Shown: piece by piece, positions 36,402-41,346 of the stretch
Position numbering within the stretch: position 1 is the first letter of the stretch
Layout of the letters: every line of letters starts with the position of its first letter
Virus record (IMG/VR): IMGVR_UViG_3300036845_000436
Location: 1-41,346 of that record
Direction: 5' to 3' (one strand)
Source of the DNA: a virus
Lineage: Duplodnaviria > Caudoviricetes
DNA: 41,346 nt
Notes under the pieces: generated by a model
The model's database searches: none
What the model was told of the DNA's origin: nothing
The model's input: only the letters and a program-made list of their open reading frames with translations
Program-made: the position numbers and the translations under genes

Positions 36402-36868
36402 TCAGCTTTCAACTCCTCAAATGTCCACTCTGCACGTTTTCGATCTTTCTCCCTAGCCACGATGAACTTAAATTCTGGGAATAGGGTTGCTACCACTTTT
36501 GTCTTGACGCGCGCATCGTCTTCAAAGAATCCGCCCTTTACCTCGTGGCACTCCAATGATCCATCCGCCATCCACACTAAAAAGTCCACGTTGAAGAAAG
36601 TTGCCGGCGCAAGTCTGAACTTTATGCATTCAAATTTGTAGGATCGGATTTCGCCCACCACTCTTCGTATCTCTAAGTACTGGGCGTATCTCTTTTCTAA
36701 CCCGTTTAATCGTCCGGCTTCGTGGCGTGGGCGCGCTTCTTTGGGCGCGGAGGCCTGCGGCGGGGCTTGCTCCTCCTCGATGTACTCGCGGCGGGGCGTT
36801 GGCTTGATCCCCAGCCGTTCGTTTTCCTCTCGGATTCTCTGTCTCCAACTAACGCTTGCATTCATCAT
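36398..36868 (-). CDS. PD-(D/E)xK nuclease, DUF1064-like
   Basis: LE.RYA.YL...GEI, F.LA...F.VDF.V...DG..E.HEVKG. Confidence 0.75.
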   Translation of the reverse strand: MMNASVSWRQRIREENERLGIKPTPRREYIEEEQAPPQASAPKEARPRHEAGRLNGLEKRYAQYLEIRRVVGEIRSYKFECIKFRLAPATFFNVDFLVWMADGSLECHEVKGGFFEDDARVKTKVVATLFPEFKFIVAREKDRKRAEWTFEELKAE

Positions 36869-36895
36869 GACGGCATGTTGTAGTATGACGGCATG
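36856..36895 (+). promoter_or_regulatory. Divergent control region with tandem ATGACGGCATG sites
   Basis: Repeats at 36867-36877 and 36885-36895; TAGTAT at 36881-36886; TTGCAT at 36856 (19 nt spacing, weak). Confidence 0.6.
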
Positions 36896-37174
36896 ACAGC
36901 AAAAAAAGCAACTCGTAAATCTGCTAGTCCACGGCCTGACCGATACAGCAAAAAAAAGTCGGGTTATATCTCTACCAGCCTCCGCATGACTGTCGCGGAC
37001 AACAAGGTACTTCGTAAGGCTGCGACGCTCGACGCCTTATCAATCAACCATTGGTGTCTGCGGGTTGTCATGGCAGCGGCAAAGAAGCGTATCGGCAAGA
37101 GCAAATATGATGATGGCCCAACCGCAGAGCGGATGCGTCAAGCGACGCGTCCCCTACCCCACGAAAGCGAGTAA
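36893..37174 (+). CDS. Ribbon-helix-helix regulator (DUF1778/Arc-like)
   Basis: TSLRMT..D..VLRKAA.LD.LSINHW..R....AA. Confidence 0.72.
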   Translation: MTAKKATRKSASPRPDRYSKKKSGYISTSLRMTVADNKVLRKAATLDALSINHWCLRVVMAAAKKRIGKSKYDDGPTAERMRQATRPLPHESE

Positions 37175-37177
37175 ACA

Positions 37178-37375
37178 TTGGCTAAGACAGCACAAATACC
37201 AGCATCGCAAGCAAAACCTTCTGCGGCTCTACTCCCGAAAGTGACGGATCCGCGTTCTGAACTATTTTTTCTCCTGGGCCATCTGAAAGGAAGTGGATTC
37301 GAGAGTGCATCGCGGATCACGGAGTTAGTGATCGACCTGACCAGCGCGCCGGCGGCTGAGATTGGGGGCGAATAA
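37178..37375 (+). CDS. Hypothetical protein, 65 aa
   Basis: Fills the gap between coupled genes. Confidence 0.55.
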   Translation: MAKTAQIPASQAKPSAALLPKVTDPRSELFFLLGHLKGSGFESASRITELVIDLTSAPAAEIGGE

Positions 37376-37677
37376 TGGCGACGCTTTATGGAACGGATGG
37401 GCGGACGAAGGAGGTCCGCCCATCGAACGGGGTTCATTGGACGGAAGAGGAGTTGCAGGGCTTGGTGGGCGGCTACGTCCAGGTGGTGAGCACCATCGGC
37501 GGGGAGTTCATGGTGATAAACGACAATGGCAAAAGCGAGGATCTGGAACTGAATATCCCTGCGACGCGGCTTTACATTTACGGCCGTCAGGATGTGATTG
37601 TGGGGCCGGCGGTGGTAGTGTCGACGCGGCTCGAACTGGATGGGCCGGTTGGGAAAGAGGAGTGGGAGAATCTATGA
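37375..37677 (+). CDS. DUF3846-like protein
   Basis: EELQ.LVGGY, M.IND.GK...L.LN..AT, D.IVG..VV. Confidence 0.8.
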   Translation: MATLYGTDGRTKEVRPSNGVHWTEEELQGLVGGYVQVVSTIGGEFMVINDNGKSEDLELNIPATRLYIYGRQDVIVGPAVVVSTRLELDGPVGKEEWENL

Positions 37678-37973
37678 AAAGTCCACAGCAACGAGCCGCA
37701 GATACGCGACGCGGGGAAAAGATGGCGTACAAGCGATATCTCGAAGTAGAAGTCCCAGTGTTGATGATGATTGATGTTTTGCTAAACCGACTATGCACAA
37801 ATACGGAGGTGCGCGTAGTTTGGCAAGGAGCCTTGCGGCGCACTCTTAAGCATGGTGCGACTGGTGGACGCCTAGTTAGGACCATGAACGGAGGGAGGAC
37901 CTGGACCGTACTTGCTGATGGGTATAAGCAGCCGCAGAGATACCACCCTTCGTACTGGAGGCTAGTTCGATGA
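37674..37973 (+). CDS. Hypothetical protein, 99 aa (MKSPQQ...)
   Basis: GGGAG RBS, ATGA overlap. Confidence 0.65.
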   Translation: MKSPQQRAADTRRGEKMAYKRYLEVEVPVLMMIDVLLNRLCTNTEVRVVWQGALRRTLKHGATGGRLVRTMNGGRTWTVLADGYKQPQRYHPSYWRLVR

Positions 37974-38416
37974 AGGAGCATGACGGACCTGTAGGGTGGC
38001 ACAGCAACAATCAAAAGCTGATCGTCTTGATGGTGCTCGATGATGAGGTGGGCAAAGCGGTAACTCTGGATACTGCTGGGGAGGCTTTCTTTCGCGCCTT
38101 CATCGTTGAGGATCGAACGACGCAGGAGATTAGCTGCAACTTTCGCTTTCGCTATGCAAAGGGCGATTCGTGGTACTCGATTGGTCCGCGTCCACATTCC
38201 AGTCGCGCGGAACGTGTTGCGGATCTGGAAGAGGGGATGCGCTTCGTTCTGCGTACTGCGCTGGGGAAGTTGGTCGAAGATGTTGGGGGGCTCGAAGTAC
38301 CGGACAACATCATTACTTCCTATTTTCCTCCCGATGATGAGGGCGACGGCATGAAGACTATCGCTTGGTTGATCGAGAAAGACTTGATGCGGGTCGGTGA
38401 GGATGTAAGTGCGTGA
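37970..38416 (+). CDS. Hypothetical protein, 148 aa
   Basis: GGAGG RBS, ATGA overlap. Confidence 0.75.
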   Translation: MKEHDGPVGWHSNNQKLIVLMVLDDEVGKAVTLDTAGEAFFRAFIVEDRTTQEISCNFRFRYAKGDSWYSIGPRPHSSRAERVADLEEGMRFVLRTALGKLVEDVGGLEVPDNIITSYFPPDDEGDGMKTIAWLIEKDLMRVGEDVSA

Positions 38417-38975
38417 CGATTACGATTTGACCATCGTACTGGCGGCTCTGCGGAAGACGGCGAAGCGTTATCCGCTGCTCCCAGGCCTCGTCTATCGTTC
38501 GGCCTATGACTTCGTTGCGGATCACGGTGTCGAGTATCCGCGCGTCGCATGGCGGCATGAGTTCCCCACGGGCGTTGTGCATCAGTGTTTCGGTAACGCG
38601 GTAATGCTGGCCGCGCGGGACGGGCTGCGCTACATCGAAGGGATCGCGCTGGCTCCGGATCGCATGGCTCATTTGCACGCGTGGAACGTGACGCCGGCGG
38701 GGGAGCTCGTGGATTCGACGTGGTTGAATGGTGGGATTTTTTACATCGGTGTGGAGTTCTCGGTAGAGCGCGCGGATGACGCGACCTGGAACGGCGACGC
38801 CTGCGTGTTGAATGACGAAAAGCGCAATTACCCAGTGTTTCAGCGGCGATGGGAGGGTGAGGATTTCGAGCTCTCCTGGCCGGCGAGTGATCGGCTGGAT
38901 GCGTTGCGGACGGGCTCTAGCACGCTTCCGCCGTCCGTGGTTAAGTGGATTCAAACACTTGAGCCTAAAGCGTAA
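38409..38975 (+). CDS. Papain/transglutaminase-like fold protein
   Basis: QCFGNA, YIEG.A, HAWNV, VDSTW (Cys-His-Asp). Confidence 0.65.
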   Translation: MRDDYDLTIVLAALRKTAKRYPLLPGLVYRSAYDFVADHGVEYPRVAWRHEFPTGVVHQCFGNAVMLAARDGLRYIEGIALAPDRMAHLHAWNVTPAGELVDSTWLNGGIFYIGVEFSVERADDATWNGDACVLNDEKRNYPVFQRRWEGEDFELSWPASDRLDALRTGSSTLPPSVVKWIQTLEPKA

Positions 38976-39032
38976 ACCGTTACTTTATGAGAACCAAAAC
39001 CGTAACCCCCTTAAATTCTTAACATTAGGGGC

Positions 39033-39060
39033 TTGCTTAAGTTTAACAACGTGCTAGAGT
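39033..39060 (+). promoter_or_regulatory. Promoter upstream of the structured leader
   Basis: TTGCTT, 16 nt, extended -10 TG-C-TAGAGT in an AT-rich stretch. Confidence 0.6.
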
Positions 39061-39066
39061 TACCAA

Positions 39067-39189
39067 CAATCGGCTTGGCGGCGAGTCAACCGAATTGTGG
39101 CTAAACGACGGCCTGATCACCGTCGCGTTAGGTGGAGTAGCTGACACTACTCCACCGAGCCTCAAGTGTCAGATTGAGAGGGGAAGCCA
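39067..39189 (+). ncRNA. Putative structured leader RNA with four hairpins and complementary loops
   Basis: GGTGGAGTAG-CTGACA-CTACTCCACC and CTCAA-GTGTCAGA-TTGAG, plus two upstream stems. Confidence 0.6.
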
Positions 39190-39350
39190 TGCCGAACACG
39201 GTCAAAACTATTGCTGAACTGGGGCGAATCGCCCACTCCCAAAAATTAAGAAGTTTCACGCGCCTGCGAATCGTTCGCGGGTCTTGCGCTATTGCGGCGC
39301 AAAGTAAAAGCGGACTGAGTTTCCTCAATCCGCTTCCACTGCCACTGTAG
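39189..39350 (+). CDS. Possible 53 aa leader peptide (MPNTVKTIAEL...), absent from the ORF track
   Basis: GAGGGG SD 6-11 nt upstream; open to the TAG at 39348-39350. Confidence 0.45.
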   Translation: MPNTVKTIAELGRIAHSQKLRSFTRLRIVRGSCAIAAQSKSGLSFLNPLPLPL

Positions 39351-39407
39351 GGAGACTGATAGCCACACCAGCCACCCCGAATAAAACATTTTCAAGTCAA
39401 CACCCCT

Positions 39408-40187
39408 ATGCGTTGCAAGCGCATGGTACAGGAGAGTTTCGTGTTACCAAAAACCTTAGCATCCCCATGCCTCCATGTCAACAGTCAACCCGCGAAAAAT
39501 CCTGTGAAAATAAGGGTTTCGCAAAGGTTGTCCAAAGTCAATTACGAGTTTGTTCCGGTCCCCTCGAACCTAGATAAGCTAATTCCGGACGCAACTTTGG
39601 CAAAGTTTTGGAAAAAGCTCCTAGAGTTGTGGAGGAAAGGAATATCCGATCCCTCTGTTCGTCTCCTAGCCAGCCTCATGGAGAAGTCTGAGAGGTCCAT
39701 ACAGCGGTATCAAAGAGCGTTGGAGTCTATGGGTATGCTGGCAAAGCAGCTAAGGAGGGTACTTCATAACAGGAATGACACTAACGTCTATACCCTCATG
39801 GGCTTTCAGGTGGGGGTGGGTGACAAAAATGTCGTAGAGAAGAAGGGAGAAAGTACAAATACCACAACACCACCGGCGTCGCCGGCGGGTTTGGAGTCGA
39901 TCAACGAGGTCAAACCCTCAAAAACGCGCCTGGAATGGGAAGCGCGGCAAGCGAAAGACGCGGCGGATCACGGTTTGAGGCTTCAAGGCTGGGTTGATAG
40001 GGGGAAATTGTGGCTGGGGATGCAGCAGTGGCGGCTGGCGAAGGCGTATGAGCGTAACCGTATGGCACTGCAAGCGCGGATCGGCGTGTACGACGGGCCG
40101 CAAATGAGCGATGAGGAAGTGATCGAGGTTAGGGAACGGATGGCGAGACGTGAGGCGGAACGGAAGGGTATCATTTTGACGGCATGA
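39408..40187 (+). CDS. Winged-HTH phage replication initiator-like protein
   Basis: PSVRLLASLMEKSERSIQRYQRALESMGML...RNDTNVYTL, GDKNV; start uncertain. Confidence 0.72.
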   Translation: MRCKRMVQESFVLPKTLASPCLHVNSQPAKNPVKIRVSQRLSKVNYEFVPVPSNLDKLIPDATLAKFWKKLLELWRKGISDPSVRLLASLMEKSERSIQRYQRALESMGMLAKQLRRVLHNRNDTNVYTLMGFQVGVGDKNVVEKKGESTNTTTPPASPAGLESINEVKPSKTRLEWEARQAKDAADHGLRLQGWVDRGKLWLGMQQWRLAKAYERNRMALQARIGVYDGPQMSDEEVIEVRERMARREAERKGIILTA

Positions 40188-40198
40188 TGGAGGCTTGA

Positions 40199-40480
40199 AT
40201 GGCGAAGGATCGGATCGGGAACAAGTTGGCGAAGGGCGATAAGCTGGCGATTCAGCTACCGGAGGCTCAAATCTTCGGCTTCGTCGCGGAGGTCGCGGAG
40301 GGGACTCTGATAAGCGGGTTGAAGCGTGGTGGTGTGGAGCGGACGCCTGGGCGAGTTCTCATAAGCTGCGTCATGGCGTTGCCGATTGATCCTGAGACGG
40401 GCATGGTGGCGCAGATTGTGAAGGTCTACGACGCGGACGCGACGCATGGGGATAAGCTAGGTCCTACCCCTGTAAATTAG
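40199..40480 (+). CDS. Hypothetical protein, 93 aa
   Basis: GGAGG RBS; KD.IGN.L..GD. Confidence 0.75.
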   Translation: MAKDRIGNKLAKGDKLAIQLPEAQIFGFVAEVAEGTLISGLKRGGVERTPGRVLISCVMALPIDPETGMVAQIVKVYDADATHGDKLGPTPVN

Positions 40481-40485
40481 GTGTC

Positions 40486-40501
40486 TGGGGACGGTTCCCA
40501 C
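40486..40501. promoter_or_regulatory. 16 bp motif, copy 4 (reverse orientation)
   Basis: TGGGGACGGTTCCCAC, intergenic. Confidence 0.6.
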
Positions 40502-40509
40502 AACGTAAA

Positions 40510-41097
40510 ATGACCAGTATGGATAAGGTGATCGTGCATGGGATTCCGACGCGGGAAGAAGGGTGGAGAGTCGTTCCTGTGGGGAGTGAAGGTAAGCTCT
40601 GGGCTGTGGTGGACGAAGCTGATTATGAGCGTGTAGCAGCGCGGCGGTGGTCTGGGGTGATGACGCCGGCGGGGGAGATATACGCTCATACCAGCACCTA
40701 TGACGGGACGGTGGGGATGCATCGGTTCGTGGTGTCCTGCGAGGATCCTAAGCTGGTGGTGGATCACAAAGACGGCCACGGGCTCCACAATCGCCGGTAC
40801 AACCTTCGAGAAGCGTCCTATGAGCAGAATGCGCGGAACAAAGGGGCGTCGACCAGCAGCAAGAGCGGCATACCTGGGGTGTCGTGGTTGCAGCGGTGGC
40901 GGATGTGGGACGTGACGATCCGCGTGGAGGGTGTGGCTGTGTCGAAGGGCTCGTTCAAGTGCCTGAAAGCGGCTGCGCTGGCGCGTGAGGCTGCGGAGAG
41001 AGAACACTATGGAGACTTCGCGCGGTCGGCGGCGGTGTCCTACGTGGAGATGATCGAGCGGCACGAAGCGCGGATGGCCGATTTGACAGGAAAGTAG
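40510..41097 (+). CDS. HNH-AP2 endonuclease
   Basis: AVVD..DY, MHRFV, VDHKDGHGLHNRRYNLR..S..QN, SG..GV.W, AA.AR..AE...YG.FA. Confidence 0.88.
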   Translation: MTSMDKVIVHGIPTREEGWRVVPVGSEGKLWAVVDEADYERVAARRWSGVMTPAGEIYAHTSTYDGTVGMHRFVVSCEDPKLVVDHKDGHGLHNRRYNLREASYEQNARNKGASTSSKSGIPGVSWLQRWRMWDVTIRVEGVAVSKGSFKCLKAAALAREAAEREHYGDFARSAAVSYVEMIERHEARMADLTGK

Positions 41098-41233
41098 CTT
41101 CTGTGGTTGTATAGATGGACTAAAAACATTGACAAAGTGAGCCGAAGTGTGGTTGGACACAAGGCAAAATAGGGCAGAAATGCCGAAAAAAAGTGTAGTA
41201 GACGGAGCATGGGTGTGCTAGGGTAGACGGGCA

Positions 41234-41346
41234 GAGGAAAATGAGTATGGATAAGCCAAGAAAACTTATAAGTCTCGTATTCAGCCCCAGGCGCAACACT
41301 CTACTTACTTATAAGTTTTCTTGGCTTATCCATACTCATTTTCCTC
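41234..41346. repeat. Perfect 40 bp inverted repeat with a 33 nt loop at the window end
   Basis: 41234-41273 is the exact reverse complement of 41307-41346. Confidence 0.97.

Noticed and set aside
39067-39189. Structured region as a tRNA
   Set aside because: No 7 bp acceptor stem, TTC T-loop or canonical D-loop, and arm sizes are wrong
41129-41134. Perfect TTGACA -35 box
   Set aside because: No -10 box at 16-18 nt spacing and no downstream ORF in the window

Overview
The window looks like a complete or nearly complete ~41 kb podovirus-like tailed phage genome; the host cannot be determined from the sequence. Layout: (1) left end with a 7-copy 22-23 bp tandem array; (2) a + strand early region (388-4144) with a short clamp-loader/RarA-like AAA+ ATPase, ArdC antirestriction protein and small ORFs, most preceded by a repeated promoter/hairpin/RBS leader; (3) a - strand block of small genes, an SMC/Rad50-like ATPase and XRE and RHH regulators (4387-9031); (4) a - strand virion module (9169-32634): tail fibre, SleB-like hydrolase, ejection proteins, nozzle, adaptors, capsid, scaffold plus a truncated duplicate, portal, large terminase; (5) small genes, HNH and PD-(D/E)xK nucleases; (6) a + strand arm with an RHH regulator, DUF3846, a Cys-His-Asp protein, a structured leader RNA, an HTH replication initiator and HNH-AP2; (7) a perfect 40 bp inverted repeat at the right end. 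I see no integrase, DNA polymerase, tRNA or CRISPR array. The most notable features are non-coding: the early-gene leader cassettes, a kissing-loop RNA upstream of the initiator gene, and two dispersed operator-like motifs. The terminase also appears to lack typical nuclease acidic residues. Family calls come from motif recognition by eye, not database searches.
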